Origin: Chthonomonas calidirosea
GTDB lineage: Bacteria; Armatimonadota; Fimbriimonadia; Fimbriimonadales; Fimbriimonadaceae
NCBI GenBank assembly: GCA_945859975.1
Contig: CAMAPH010000005.1
Coordinates: 37,977 to 101,976 of the forward strand
DNA length: 64,000 nucleotides
Reading direction: 5' to 3'
Each line of letters starts with the position of its first letter. The stretch's first letter is position 1. The notes under the pieces are model-generated. The model made no database searches. It was not told where the DNA came from and worked only from the letters and a program-made list of their open reading frames with translations. Shown here one piece after another: positions 10,391 through 20,112 of the stretch. The position numbers were made by a program, and so were the translations under genes.

Positions 10391-10855
10391 ATGGCTACCT
10401 TATCCGAGCTTCGCGGGCGCGCTGTCATTTCTTTGGCTGAGGGTGAAAAACTGGGAACAGTGAAAGACCTTGTGCTTCATCCGGGCGATCGAGAAATCGA
10501 AGGCTTTGTTTTGGAAACCGGCGGTCCCGACTCATTCCTTCCTTTCGGCCGATTTGGGAAAGTCGGTCCGGACGCGATTATTGTGGAAAGCAAGCAAGCG
10601 GTCGAACCTGCCGGACAAATGAACGGGAGCCTACAAGTCGCAGATATTTCCAAAATGGAAGTCATGAACTCGGACGGCACGAAGCTGGGACAAGTCGCAG
10701 ACATCGACTTCGATCTCACCACCGGCGCGCTCAACACTATCGAACTTAAGGCCGGCGGCGTGTTTGGTCTAGGCGCGCAGAAGTCCAGCATTCCGTCGTC
10801 GCAAATCCGCGCTTTTGGCGCGGACGTCATCACGATTCAAGCTCCGTCTAGCTAG
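10391..10855 (+). CDS. Tandem PRC-barrel domain protein
   Basis: GEKLGTVKDL and GTKLGQVADI repeats; GPDAII and GADVIT. Confidence 0.85.
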   Translation: MATLSELRGRAVISLAEGEKLGTVKDLVLHPGDREIEGFVLETGGPDSFLPFGRFGKVGPDAIIVESKQAVEPAGQMNGSLQVADISKMEVMNSDGTKLGQVADIDFDLTTGALNTIELKAGGVFGLGAQKSSIPSSQIRAFGADVITIQAPSS

Positions 10856-12323
10856 GCTCCGTCACTCGGTCGATGAAAGCCTCGGCACTAGCAAAGATCC
10901 GGTTCTTGCGAACTGGATCTAGTTTGTCGAGGCTTCCAACCATCACTGACATGCGTGGGTTTGCTGCAAAAAGCTCTCGGTGTCGATCCACGAACCGCCA
11001 GTACAGACCGTCCCAGGTGTCGCACCACTCGCCGGCCGGATAGTCGCCCATCTTGCGGAGGTAACTACTCCCACTGAGATATGGCTTCGTTGCAAACAGG
11101 CCACCATCTGCGAACTGCGACATCCCCAAAACGTTCGGTCCCATCACCCATTCCGCGCTGTCCACAAACATCTCCATGAACCAGCGATAGCTCTCGGCCG
11201 GTTCGACTTCGCACATGAGCATCGCGGATCCCAGAACCATCAGCCGCTCGATGTGGTGGCACCAGCCGTAACGGTTGGCTTTGTTGATGGCGTGGTCGAG
11301 TGGTAGCAATCCGGTGGTCCCGGTCCACCATGCCTCACCCAGTTTCCGAGTGTGTCCGAGGCCATTCATGGTGCCCTCGCCAATCGGCGGATACTCGTCC
11401 GCCATGCCGCGAATAAATTCCCGCCAACCGATGATCTGCCGGAGGAATCCTTCCAGTGAATTGATCGGCACCGGTGTCTCGTCGTGAAACTCCAGCGTCC
11501 TCTTCACGATTTGGGCCGGAGTGAGCAATCCGTTGTTCAGCATTGGCGTGAGCACTCCGTGGAAGACGAAGTCAGAACGGAGCGAGAGCGCGTCCTCGTA
11601 TTCGCCAAACCGACTAAGCCGCTCGACCAAGAATGTATCCAGCCAATTGGCCGCCTCCGCATGGGTCACCGGGTAGGCGAACTGAGTTGCATCGCCAGGA
11701 TGCAGCGCAAACTCTTGCTTCACAAGCGCAATCACTTCCTGCGTTATCGCATCTGGCAACGGTCGCCAAACCGCGGGCGGCATCACGGACTTTGGGAGAG
11801 CCCGCCGATTGTCCTCGTCAAAGCTCCACTTTCCTCCGACCGGCGAACCATCTGGCTCCAGCAGAATCCCAAGACGCTTCCGTTGCTGTAAGTAAAAGTC
11901 CCGCATGAGCAGCCGCTTTCCCCGCTTTCGATAGGCTTGCCAGTCCGCAGACGCGGTCAGGAACATGGGGTTGGGCACAAACTCGATCTCGACGTCGTAG
12001 GCTTGTCCCCAGGCCAGCAGGTCCTTGCGAAAGAACTGGTCCGCGATTTCGTACGTGATCACTCTGCTCGGCTTCAAGCTGCCGAGCCGGTCGAGCAAAG
12101 AGCCGGAATCGTCTCGAAGTTCGAAGTACCGCACCTCTCTACCCTGAGCGACCAGCGCGTCACGAAAGTGGCGCATCGCGCTAAAGAACAGGACGATCTT
12201 CTGCTGGTGATGCCGAACGCGGGTTGCCAAGCCCAGATCTTCCGACATGAAAATCGCCTCCGTGGCATTCAAGCCGGGGAGGCGATCGAACAGCATGTCA
12301 CCGAGTACGAGCCCAACCGTCAT
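10848..12323 (-). CDS. Cryptochrome/photolyase-related protein (DPRP, PhrB/CryB-like bacterial 6-4 photolyase clade)
   Basis: HHQQKIVLFFSAMRHF, GGKWSFDEDNR, RQIIGWREF, HHIERLMV, FADGGLFATKPY. Confidence 0.92.
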   Translation of the reverse strand: MTVGLVLGDMLFDRLPGLNATEAIFMSEDLGLATRVRHHQQKIVLFFSAMRHFRDALVAQGREVRYFELRDDSGSLLDRLGSLKPSRVITYEIADQFFRKDLLAWGQAYDVEIEFVPNPMFLTASADWQAYRKRGKRLLMRDFYLQQRKRLGILLEPDGSPVGGKWSFDEDNRRALPKSVMPPAVWRPLPDAITQEVIALVKQEFALHPGDATQFAYPVTHAEAANWLDTFLVERLSRFGEYEDALSLRSDFVFHGVLTPMLNNGLLTPAQIVKRTLEFHDETPVPINSLEGFLRQIIGWREFIRGMADEYPPIGEGTMNGLGHTRKLGEAWWTGTTGLLPLDHAINKANRYGWCHHIERLMVLGSAMLMCEVEPAESYRWFMEMFVDSAEWVMGPNVLGMSQFADGGLFATKPYLSGSSYLRKMGDYPAGEWCDTWDGLYWRFVDRHRELFAANPRMSVMVGSLDKLDPVRKNRIFASAEAFIDRVTEPS

Positions 12324-12340
12324 TGGGTCCTACTACGTGT

Positions 12341-12943
12341 TTACTTTCCGTACTTCACGCTACAACCGTAAGGCTGGGTGGCAGCGATGGCTGGGGTTTT
12401 GCCTGCCTTCAACGCAGTGACGGCTTCGAGGACGTAGTTCCTGGCTCCCTTCACGGACTCGGGGAAAGGAGTCGCTTTATCGTCAATCGCTCCCATGTAC
12501 GCAACCTTTCCGGAGGCATCGAGCACAAACATGTGCGGAGTCGTCTTGGCCTGGTACAGCTTGCCAACCTTGCCATCGGAATCAAGGAGGAGGGCAGTCG
12601 ACTTGAAGCCTTTCTCCTTCATCAATGCGTTGCCCTGAGGGCCTTCAACATAACCTTGCTTTCCTTTGGCTGACGAAACGATGGAGAGCCAGACAACGCC
12701 TTGGTCGGTGGCTGTCTTCTGCGCTTTCTGCATATTGCCCGTGCCGTAGTGCTTCATAACGTAAGGGCAACCGTCGTTGGTCCACTCAAGAACCACGATC
12801 TTTCCTCGGAAATCCGAGATGTTGTGGGACTTTCCGTTGGTATCAACCAAGCTGAATTCGGGCGCGATCTCACCGATCTTTGGTGGCTCGGCGGCAACCG
12901 TCGGCATGGCAACGGCGAGTGCGAAAAGACTGGTGATTAGCAT
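12341..12943 (-). CDS. Secreted redoxin/thioredoxin-like protein
   Basis: Signal peptide; VLEWTNDGCPYV, AKTTPHMF, YMGAID, YGCSVKY. Confidence 0.88.
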   Translation of the reverse strand: MLITSLFALAVAMPTVAAEPPKIGEIAPEFSLVDTNGKSHNISDFRGKIVVLEWTNDGCPYVMKHYGTGNMQKAQKTATDQGVVWLSIVSSAKGKQGYVEGPQGNALMKEKGFKSTALLLDSDGKVGKLYQAKTTPHMFVLDASGKVAYMGAIDDKATPFPESVKGARNYVLEAVTALKAGKTPAIAATQPYGCSVKYGK

Positions 12944-12967
12944 GTTGTTTCTCCTCTCTTGTACTGA

Positions 12968-13759
12968 CTACGAACGAACGGGAACGTTCAGTACCAAACC
13001 GCGCACGCTTGGGGACCAAAATTGATTCTCGGGTGCGATCAGGAGCGCTTTGAAGGTTTTCGTCTTGGCGTCCCAGTACGGACTTTTTGGAATACGCACG
13101 ACCAACGCTCCATTGCCCATTCGCACATCCGTTCGGCTGGCGTAATTGACGATGTTTGGAGATTCTGAGAAAAGCTGAATCCCCGGCAAGTCCAGGCCAT
13201 CCGTTTTCAGACCGGTGATTCGAAGTTCCAGATCGTTTCCGGAGACTCTTGCTTCGGCCTTAACCGCCGGATCCCATTCTGGGAAGGATGCTTCGGGCAG
13301 AGTGATCTTTGGTGTCGCGTTAGCGGCCACAGTCACCGGGGCCGAAACCGAGAGAGATTGCGGGATGCACGTTTCTTGGCAAACCAGAAACTCAAGCTTG
13401 CCGGTGATTTCTGCCTTTCCTAGCTTTTTGGGGGCTTGAAGGGAGTACCGAACGTTGAAGTGGTCCTCATAGCCATAGCTCACCATTTCGCCTGCGATCA
13501 CCATCTCTGGCAATTCATAGCGTGCTCTCAATATCTTCCAGCCAGCCGGCAGATTGAACTTAAAGTCCGGAGGGCTACCGTTCTCGCCGGGATTTACCCA
13601 ATAGCTATGCCAACCTGGATCAAGCGAAACCCGCAGGTTCGCTTCAACGACCGCTCCCGGAACGACGGTCGGACTTGCAAGCGTGAGCTCTGCTTTCGAG
13701 TGCTTCGGAAACTGCTGGGTTAACCCCAGCATTGCGATCGTTGCTGCCACCATCATCAT
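12968..13759 (-). CDS. DsbD N-terminal-like disulfide interchange protein
   Basis: GWHSYWVNPGENG and LVCQETCIP. Confidence 0.8.
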   Translation of the reverse strand: MMMVAATIAMLGLTQQFPKHSKAELTLASPTVVPGAVVEANLRVSLDPGWHSYWVNPGENGSPPDFKFNLPAGWKILRARYELPEMVIAGEMVSYGYEDHFNVRYSLQAPKKLGKAEITGKLEFLVCQETCIPQSLSVSAPVTVAANATPKITLPEASFPEWDPAVKAEARVSGNDLELRITGLKTDGLDLPGIQLFSESPNIVNYASRTDVRMGNGALVVRIPKSPYWDAKTKTFKALLIAPENQFWSPSVRGLVLNVPVRS

Positions 13760-14606
13760 CTTTTCTTACGCTCGATTCCAGACGTTCCTTTTGCCTGCGG
13801 GATACTTCCGCAGCAAGAAGCGAAGGCCGATCCGAGAGAATACTATCCACCCCGGTATCGAGCCATCGTCGGATATCGCTCGAAGTATTCAAGACATGAA
13901 TCTGGACAAAGATTCCCTTTCTCCGAATGGTTTGGATCTCGTCCAACGTCAGCCCGTACTGCACTATTTGCTCGGAGAGCAATGACAGCACTTGATCGCG
14001 GGGTTGATACTCCTCCCAGTCCTCGCCACGCAAGGCGGTGAGAAGCCGTAAAATCGCCGCGAAATCGAAGCATCGCGCAACCTTTGGAGCGAGTTCTCGC
14101 ACTCGGACCATCGCACTTGAGCCATAGCTAGAAACCAGGGTTCGATCTTCGGCCCTGGCTTCTTGAATGATGCCAATCACTCGGTCTGGATCACAACCAT
14201 CCCTTAGCTCGATCATCCAACGCTGCTTTGGCATTGCCAACAGGGCGTCACGCAAGGTTGGCACACGAATGCCGCGACTTCGGAACGGGAATGTCTTCCC
14301 ACCATCATTCGAAAAGTGGTAGCCAGCATCCAACTGAAACAGTTCAGAAGCCTTAAGCCGCTTTACCGGTCCGGCAGCATCGGTGGTGCGGTTCAGGGTG
14401 TCGTCGTGAAATAGCACGACCTCTCCGTCAACGGTCATGCGAGCATCGACGTGCAACAACACATCGGGCCATTTCTTTGCGCAGGTTCGAAAAGCACTGA
14501 TCGTGTTCTCGGGGGCTTCGAACAAACCGCCGCGATGGGCGCCCACGAGAATCGGGCGCTCAAAGAAAGGATTTGTTGTGAGCAGGCAGAGCCCAAGGAC
14601 GATCAC
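13644..14606 (-). CDS. Glycerophosphodiester phosphodiesterase family protein
   Basis: AHRGG, APENTISAF, DGEVVLFHDDTLNRTT, GVDSILSDRP. Confidence 0.88.
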   Translation of the reverse strand: MIVLGLCLLTTNPFFERPILVGAHRGGLFEAPENTISAFRTCAKKWPDVLLHVDARMTVDGEVVLFHDDTLNRTTDAAGPVKRLKASELFQLDAGYHFSNDGGKTFPFRSRGIRVPTLRDALLAMPKQRWMIELRDGCDPDRVIGIIQEARAEDRTLVSSYGSSAMVRVRELAPKVARCFDFAAILRLLTALRGEDWEEYQPRDQVLSLLSEQIVQYGLTLDEIQTIRRKGIFVQIHVLNTSSDIRRWLDTGVDSILSDRPSLLAAEVSRRQKERLESSVRKDDDGGSNDRNAGVNPAVSEALESRAHACKSDRRSGSGR

Positions 14607-14624
14607 GCTTTCATGATAACGTGT

Positions 14625-15911
14625 TCAGTCACGCAATCCGCGAAAAGTGTTGATCCATTCGTTGTCACCTTTCCCTTCTTGGAACAACCACGTCTTTTGG
14701 AACGCGATTTTTTCATCGGCCGAGTCTTTCGCTTTTTCCATCCCGGCGAGAAAAACGGTGTTCTTTCCGAACTTTTGGTTCACGCCATCCATCGCTTTCA
14801 TGAGCTCGGCCCGCTCTTGCACGTCCTCAAACAGGCTCGGCGTGACCTGGCCGGGTTCATGAAGTTCATACAAGCAGACCGAAACACTCCTCGGTTTCAC
14901 GAAGTCGCGAGATTCCCAAACGCGCATGAAGTTGTCGTTCATCGTGATCGTGTCGTTGGTTGGTGGAAGTTTGACCTTGGCTTCCCACGTCTTTTCAAAT
15001 CCGCTCACACGCACGGACATCGCCGTCGTGCATAAGTTCTGCGACCGCAGTCGAGCCGACGCCTTCTGGAGGAGTCGCATGAGCACCTCTCGACATCCCT
15101 GGTCATTCCGAAGGCTTGGGGCTAAGACGTGGCTGTGCGAGAGGGTTTTTCGATCCGTCTCGTCCTCTGGCAATTCGTAGCCGCGCAATAGGTACCACCA
15201 TCGTTCGCCGATGATGGAGCCGAACGCTTGGCGCAACTCCGCGCGACCAGTAGAAAGCATCTGCTCTGCGCTGAAAATGCCGGCCGCGTTAAGCCGCGCA
15301 GCCATCCGCTTGTTAATCCCGGTGAAATCGGTGAGTTTGAGTCCATACAGCCGCTCTGGCAGATCCTCCTTCTGAAGCACTACTAGGCCATCTGGCTTCT
15401 GAATTTCCGTCGCAATCTTTGCTAAGAATGGGTTCGTCGCGATGCCCATACTTGCACGCATTTCGGGTCCGACATCTTCGCGAAGTTTGCGCTTGAGGCT
15501 AAGTGCAATCTCGCGGGCTTGTACGGGATCGCGCTCCGCGCCGATAAGCCGAAAGCGCATCTCGTCGATGCTACAAACCTGGTCCACCGGAAGTACGTTC
15601 TCAACGACTTCCAGAACTCGGTGGTGGTAGCCCACATAGACGGCCGGACGGGCTTTGACAATGGCGATGCCCGGGCACATCCGCTTCGCGTCGCGAATCA
15701 TCGTGCCGCATTTGACGCCAAACCGCTTTGCCTCATAGCTTGCGGCGATCACGAAGCTGGTGTCCGCATCCACCGGAACAACCGCGACGGGTTCGCCACG
15801 AAGCTCCGGCCGCTCTTGCTGCTCAACGCTCGCAAAGTAGGCGTTGAGGTCCAAGAACAGTGTGCTCAGCGGTCGCGACTGCTTCTCAATGGGTAGAACA
15901 TCGTCTACCAT
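14625..15911 (-). CDS. dinB: Y-family DNA polymerase (DinB/Pol IV-like)
   Basis: FLDLNAYFASVEQ, AASYEAKRFG, SIDE, LAKIA..KPDG; start set at 15911 (TAGAAT 6 nt upstream), alternative 15917. Confidence 0.9.
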   Translation of the reverse strand: MVDDVLPIEKQSRPLSTLFLDLNAYFASVEQQERPELRGEPVAVVPVDADTSFVIAASYEAKRFGVKCGTMIRDAKRMCPGIAIVKARPAVYVGYHHRVLEVVENVLPVDQVCSIDEMRFRLIGAERDPVQAREIALSLKRKLREDVGPEMRASMGIATNPFLAKIATEIQKPDGLVVLQKEDLPERLYGLKLTDFTGINKRMAARLNAAGIFSAEQMLSTGRAELRQAFGSIIGERWWYLLRGYELPEDETDRKTLSHSHVLAPSLRNDQGCREVLMRLLQKASARLRSQNLCTTAMSVRVSGFEKTWEAKVKLPPTNDTITMNDNFMRVWESRDFVKPRSVSVCLYELHEPGQVTPSLFEDVQERAELMKAMDGVNQKFGKNTVFLAGMEKAKDSADEKIAFQKTWLFQEGKGDNEWINTFRGLRD

Positions 15912-15920
15912 GTTCATATT

Positions 15921-16631
15921 CTACGCCAGAACAACCCAAAGATGGCGAGCGATTTCATGGCCGACCGTGTGCGTTTGGTCGCCAATTTTAAGGTGAATCA
16001 GCTTATCGACCGGTGTGCTACCGGTAGCTTCGAACTCGGAACCCGGCCTCAAGCCGAGATCATCAAGTCGCCGTAAGAACTCAACTCGCTCGTCGGAAAT
16101 TCGAAATACTTTCAGCTTGCCAACCGGCGCCGCCTGCAATCTGAAGCTAGGATCGGGCGCGTCGGGGTCCACTGGATTCCCGTGTGGGCAGGTGGTCGGG
16201 TGCCCAAGCTTGGTGTCCATCTTGTCGATGACATCCTCCGAAAGATAGTGCTCGAGCTTGCATGCGAGCTCGTGGACATCGTCCCACGGAAGGTCGAGTT
16301 CGTCCACCAAGAACCGCTCAAGAATGCGGTGGGCACGCGTCAACTGCTTGGCGACCTTTTCGCCAAACTCGGTCAGCCTGATGCCTTGGTACGGTGAGTG
16401 CTCGGCCAATCCCATTTCCGCGAGCTTCTTCACCATGGTAGAAGCGCTGCCCGCACTGACTTGCATGTAGGTCGCGATCTCGCCCGTCGATACCGAGTCC
16501 ACCTCTTTCTGAAGTCGGAAAATGCCCTCGACGTACTCCTCCACGCTCTCGCTGAAGGCGCGCTGCTTCTGATCTTCGCTACGAGGTCGGCAACTCGCGG
16601 GGACTCTCAGAGTGAGTTCTTGCTTCGGCAT
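15921..16631 (-). CDS. mntR: DtxR/MntR-family metal-dependent regulator with FeoA-like domain
   Basis: SVEEYVEGI, HRILERFL, ACKLEH, CPHGNP. Confidence 0.88.
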   Translation of the reverse strand: MPKQELTLRVPASCRPRSEDQKQRAFSESVEEYVEGIFRLQKEVDSVSTGEIATYMQVSAGSASTMVKKLAEMGLAEHSPYQGIRLTEFGEKVAKQLTRAHRILERFLVDELDLPWDDVHELACKLEHYLSEDVIDKMDTKLGHPTTCPHGNPVDPDAPDPSFRLQAAPVGKLKVFRISDERVEFLRRLDDLGLRPGSEFEATGSTPVDKLIHLKIGDQTHTVGHEIARHLWVVLA

Positions 16632-16768
16632 CAACCTATTATGGGTGCCTCCGCAGGTCTTATGAGAGGAAGATTTCACATGGACCACACTCGAGTAGGT
16701 GACCGGTACTTCGACTTCCATTCCGACCGGGCTATGTTGTCAAACATCGCTAGTCCAATACAAGTTTA

Positions 16769-16808
16769 TTCGGTATTCGCGAATCGCGAATACCGAACAG
16801 CCTATAAT
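16769..16808 (+). promoter_or_regulatory. Perfect 14-1-14 inverted repeat (putative operator) plus TATAAT -10 box
   Basis: TTCGGTATTCGCGA-A-TCGCGAATACCGAA at 16769-16797; TATAAT at 16803-16808; GTG at 16815. Confidence 0.8.
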
Positions 16809-16814
16809 TGACAC

Positions 16815-17336
16815 GTGATGGACTCCGCGGACATGTACGTGTTGCTGAAAATCGCCTCCCTTAGGGGGCGTAGCGACTGGACCCAGGGCCTGCTGGCTGC
16901 CGAAATCGGCGTGAGTCCTTCTACCGTGAACCGCGCGCTCAAGCGGGCGACGAACGCAAAGCTCTACCATCCCTCAAGTAAGAACCTGAATCTCAGAAGT
17001 CTTGAAGAGGCCTTGGTTCACGGATCAAGATATTTCCTAGCTCCCGAGACGGGCGGAGAGTCGCGGGGAACCCCCACGGCGTGGGCGGCCCCTCCGCTGG
17101 ACGCGGAAATTGCATCATCGGACTCTCTACCCCCCGTTTGGCCCCATCCATTGGGCGAGACGCGCGGGCTGTCCGTTGAGCCGCTGCACCCGAGTGCGCC
17201 AAAGGTAGCGTTACGCGACCCAGACTTTTACGCGGTCCTGGCCCTCGTAGATGCTCTACGCTTGGGCGACAACCGAGAGCGCGACTTGGCTGGCAAAGAA
17301 CTCCACCGAATCTTCTCGCTACGAGGTGAGGACTGA
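16815..17336 (+). CDS. HTH protein, putative AbiEi-like (type IV TA) antitoxin
   Basis: N-terminal wHTH (WTQGLLAAEIGVSPSTVNRAL); PPVWP, EPLHP, LVDALRLG..RER; sits upstream of a nucleotidyltransferase. Confidence 0.7.
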   Translation: MMDSADMYVLLKIASLRGRSDWTQGLLAAEIGVSPSTVNRALKRATNAKLYHPSSKNLNLRSLEEALVHGSRYFLAPETGGESRGTPTAWAAPPLDAEIASSDSLPPVWPHPLGETRGLSVEPLHPSAPKVALRDPDFYAVLALVDALRLGDNRERDLAGKELHRIFSLRGED

Positions 17337-17337
17337 A

Positions 17338-18024
17338 GTGAGGGCTGTACCGCCAATCGAGTTGCTGAACCTTGCGGCACTACAACTGGGAGACCTTTGC
17401 CCAGAGGTGGTCTTCCTCGGTGGCGCCGTCGTCGGTTTGCTTCTCACCGACAAGGGAGGGCTGCCACCCCGAGTAACCAAAGACGTTGATGTCGCGATCA
17501 AGATGGGTACTGGCATGCTGGATTTGCACGCCCTCGACCGTCGCCTCTTAGCACTTGGCTTTAGGAACGACATGGAGGGACCCGTATGCCGCTATTTGAA
17601 CGGCATCACGGTGATTGACGTGATCCCTGTCAATCCGGAGTCCACAGCTGAGCTGAATCCGTGGTATCCCCTCGCAATCGACACGGCATGGCCGTACACG
17701 CTTGAGAACGGAATCAAGATCAAGGTGATTGAACCCGTGTGTTTCTTGGGCACGAAGATGACAGCCTTCCGTTCGCCGTCGCGAGAGTATCACGACGACA
17801 TCTTAATGAGTCGAGACTTCAGCGACATGGTGCGAGTCATTGACGGAAGGCCGACGGTTGTAGCTGAAGCACGGCAAGCGGACGAAGGACTTCACGCCTT
17901 TCTTCAAAGTGAGTTCGAGGCGATTCTGAAGTACGACTACCTTGAGGAAGCCCTTCGCGACAACGTTGATGCAGGGCGTGAGAACCTAGTACTTGAGCGC
18001 ATCCGCGCCCTGGCTGGCATCTAG
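17338..18024 (+). CDS. AbiEii/DUF1814-like nucleotidyltransferase, putative toxin
   Basis: VVFLGGAV..PRVTKDVD pol-beta NTase signature; K..AF..R and D..D C-terminal motifs. Confidence 0.72.
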   Translation: MRAVPPIELLNLAALQLGDLCPEVVFLGGAVVGLLLTDKGGLPPRVTKDVDVAIKMGTGMLDLHALDRRLLALGFRNDMEGPVCRYLNGITVIDVIPVNPESTAELNPWYPLAIDTAWPYTLENGIKIKVIEPVCFLGTKMTAFRSPSREYHDDILMSRDFSDMVRVIDGRPTVVAEARQADEGLHAFLQSEFEAILKYDYLEEALRDNVDAGRENLVLERIRALAGI

Positions 18025-18067
18025 TTTGAACCGCAAAGAGCGCTTCATCTAGAACGATCGAGAACCC

Positions 18068-18289
18068 CTAGCTGAGCAGAAACTGCTTGATTCGATCAAG
18101 CCCGCGTAGCGCGCCAACCAAACCGGTGCCGATGATGAGGACCATCAGGGCGGAGAGCAGGTCCCGGAAGAACCACATTGCCGCCGCCACGTGCCACGTT
18201 GCCACGATGATGAACCACACGAAAAAGCCTTCAATGGCTTTCTGTGAGGCATCTTTCCGAATTCGCCGATTCCTTTCAGCAATTGTCAT
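18068..18289 (-). CDS. Small membrane protein with two TM helices
   Basis: Two hydrophobic segments; SD-like AAGGGA upstream. Confidence 0.5.
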   Translation of the reverse strand: MTIAERNRRIRKDASQKAIEGFFVWFIIVATWHVAAAMWFFRDLLSALMVLIIGTGLVGALRGLDRIKQFLLS

Positions 18290-18446
18290 AGAGATTCCCT
18301 TCTCAACCTTTAAGCGTTACCTTAACATACTTTTTCTGATAAAGCTAAGGATATTATCGGAAGGCAGCCAATTTTCCGCAGGGAATTCTCGGCAATCTGA
18401 AACTTTGCCGGGTTTGAGGCGTTTGCACCTCCGTCAGGAACGCCTT

Positions 18447-20105
18447 ATGAATCTCGCGATTGCATGTATTTCCGCCTTTTTGGCACCCGTTCAACCCACG
18501 GCGCATCTCGGGGTCACTTCCCTCAGAGGCGGTGTCGCCGATGTCACGAGCCAGTTTGACTTTGGCGATCCGAGTGCGTCGGTGCTCGCGACGTCGCAGA
18601 CCAAGCCAAAACAGAAAATCGTGTCGTTGGCCAAAGTCGTCGGCGTTTCAATGTTCAAGAATGGCTACGCCGTCGTGACGCGTCAGTTCGATGTTGATGC
18701 CTCGGGCACCACGAACCTTGGATTTATTCCGGCGAGTTCCATCGGCACGCTTTGGTTCAGCACGACGGGCGGCGCGCAACTCAAGACCGTCACCGCGACG
18801 ACGATGCAGAACAACGCCACCACGATTCTTGGGAATCTCGACCAGATTCTTGTCGCGAACGTCGGCAGAGTTTTACGGTTGACATACCGCCAGGGTGAGG
18901 CGGGGTACCCATCAGTCAAGGGCAAGCTTCTCGCTATCAGCGGCGAACTGATCGTCTTGGAAACTCCAGCCGGACAGCAAGTGCTGAGCAAGGTTGGGAT
19001 TCAGAAGATCACTCCAGAAGGCGGCAAGCTGGTCTTCTCCACCAATTACTCCGCTGCCACTCGCGTCGTCCAGTTCAAGACCACGGGTAAGGGCAAGATT
19101 CAGATGCTCTCGCTGGAACGGGGCATTTCTTGGACCCCTGGCTACGCCATTGAGCTAATCGACGACAAGGAACTCAAAGTCGTTTCCAAGGCGACGATCA
19201 CAAACGATCTGAGTGACCTTGTGAACCTTGACGTTCGACTGATCACGGGCTTCCCGAACCTGCCTTGGGCGGGCGTGCTTGAACCGTTCCTCTCGGGATC
19301 ACCCACCAACAATGCTTTTCTAGGTGCTGGCTTTGGCGGCGGCGGCCAAGCGCCAGCGGCGATGATGACCCAAAATCGAATGGCCAAGGAGGCCGTGATG
19401 GCCGACTTTAGCGCAGGAATGGCCGCGCCTAGCGACGCCAGCGGCGAGCAGAAAGAAGACCTGTTCTTCTACAAGTATCCAAAGGTTTCGCTCAAGTCGG
19501 GCGACCGCGGCTACTACATCCTGTTCGAAGCGAAGTCCCCCTACAAGACTCTCTTCACCGCCGATCTGCCGGATTCCACGACTCCAGAATCAACGTACCG
19601 AGGTCTGCCAGACGGTCCAGCGGATGTTTGGAACACGCTGCAGTTCCGAAACACTTCTGGTCAACCACTCACGACCAGCATCGCTACCGCGTTTAGCAAG
19701 GGCGACATCGTCGGCCAAGGAATGCTGAACTACACGCCCGCGAACTCCGATGCCGAACTTCAAATCAACAAGTCGCTTGACATTCGCGTCGAGGCTACCG
19801 AAGAGGAAGTGACCCGAGAGCGGGGCGCGATCAAGTACTTCAACAGCGAGCAGCCGCTTTACGATCTGGTCACCTTGAAAGGAGTCATCGAAATTCGCAA
19901 TGACAAGTCCAAAGAAGTCAAGCTCCGAATTCGAAAGCAGATCACGGGGGAAATCTTGGAAGCCGGGACGGCGGACGTTGCTAAAACGGCCAAAGGACTG
20001 AAAGCCGTGAACCCAAACGCAACGTTAACATGGAATCCAACGCTTTCGCCGGGCAAATCGCTTAAACTGAATTACAGCTACAAGCTCTACCTGCGAAGTA
20101 GCTAG
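18447..20105 (+). CDS. Secreted DUF4139/DUF4140-like protein
   Basis: VSMFKNGYAVVTR, GISWTPGYAI, EDLFFY; C-terminal beta domain LNYSYKLY. Confidence 0.7.
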   Translation: MNLAIACISAFLAPVQPTAHLGVTSLRGGVADVTSQFDFGDPSASVLATSQTKPKQKIVSLAKVVGVSMFKNGYAVVTRQFDVDASGTTNLGFIPASSIGTLWFSTTGGAQLKTVTATTMQNNATTILGNLDQILVANVGRVLRLTYRQGEAGYPSVKGKLLAISGELIVLETPAGQQVLSKVGIQKITPEGGKLVFSTNYSAATRVVQFKTTGKGKIQMLSLERGISWTPGYAIELIDDKELKVVSKATITNDLSDLVNLDVRLITGFPNLPWAGVLEPFLSGSPTNNAFLGAGFGGGGQAPAAMMTQNRMAKEAVMADFSAGMAAPSDASGEQKEDLFFYKYPKVSLKSGDRGYYILFEAKSPYKTLFTADLPDSTTPESTYRGLPDGPADVWNTLQFRNTSGQPLTTSIATAFSKGDIVGQGMLNYTPANSDAELQINKSLDIRVEATEEEVTRERGAIKYFNSEQPLYDLVTLKGVIEIRNDKSKEVKLRIRKQITGEILEAGTADVAKTAKGLKAVNPNATLTWNPTLSPGKSLKLNYSYKLYLRSS

Positions 20106-20112
20106 TAATCCC

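Noticed and set aside
15900..15960. SOS/LexA box upstream of dinB
   Set aside because: No convincing palindrome; the region is the 3' end of the MntR-like CDS with only a -10 hexamer.
18087..18446. First 120 codons of the 672-aa ORF
   Set aside because: Overlaps an antisense small gene and an AT-rich intergenic stretch; a signal-like N-terminus begins at ATG 18447.
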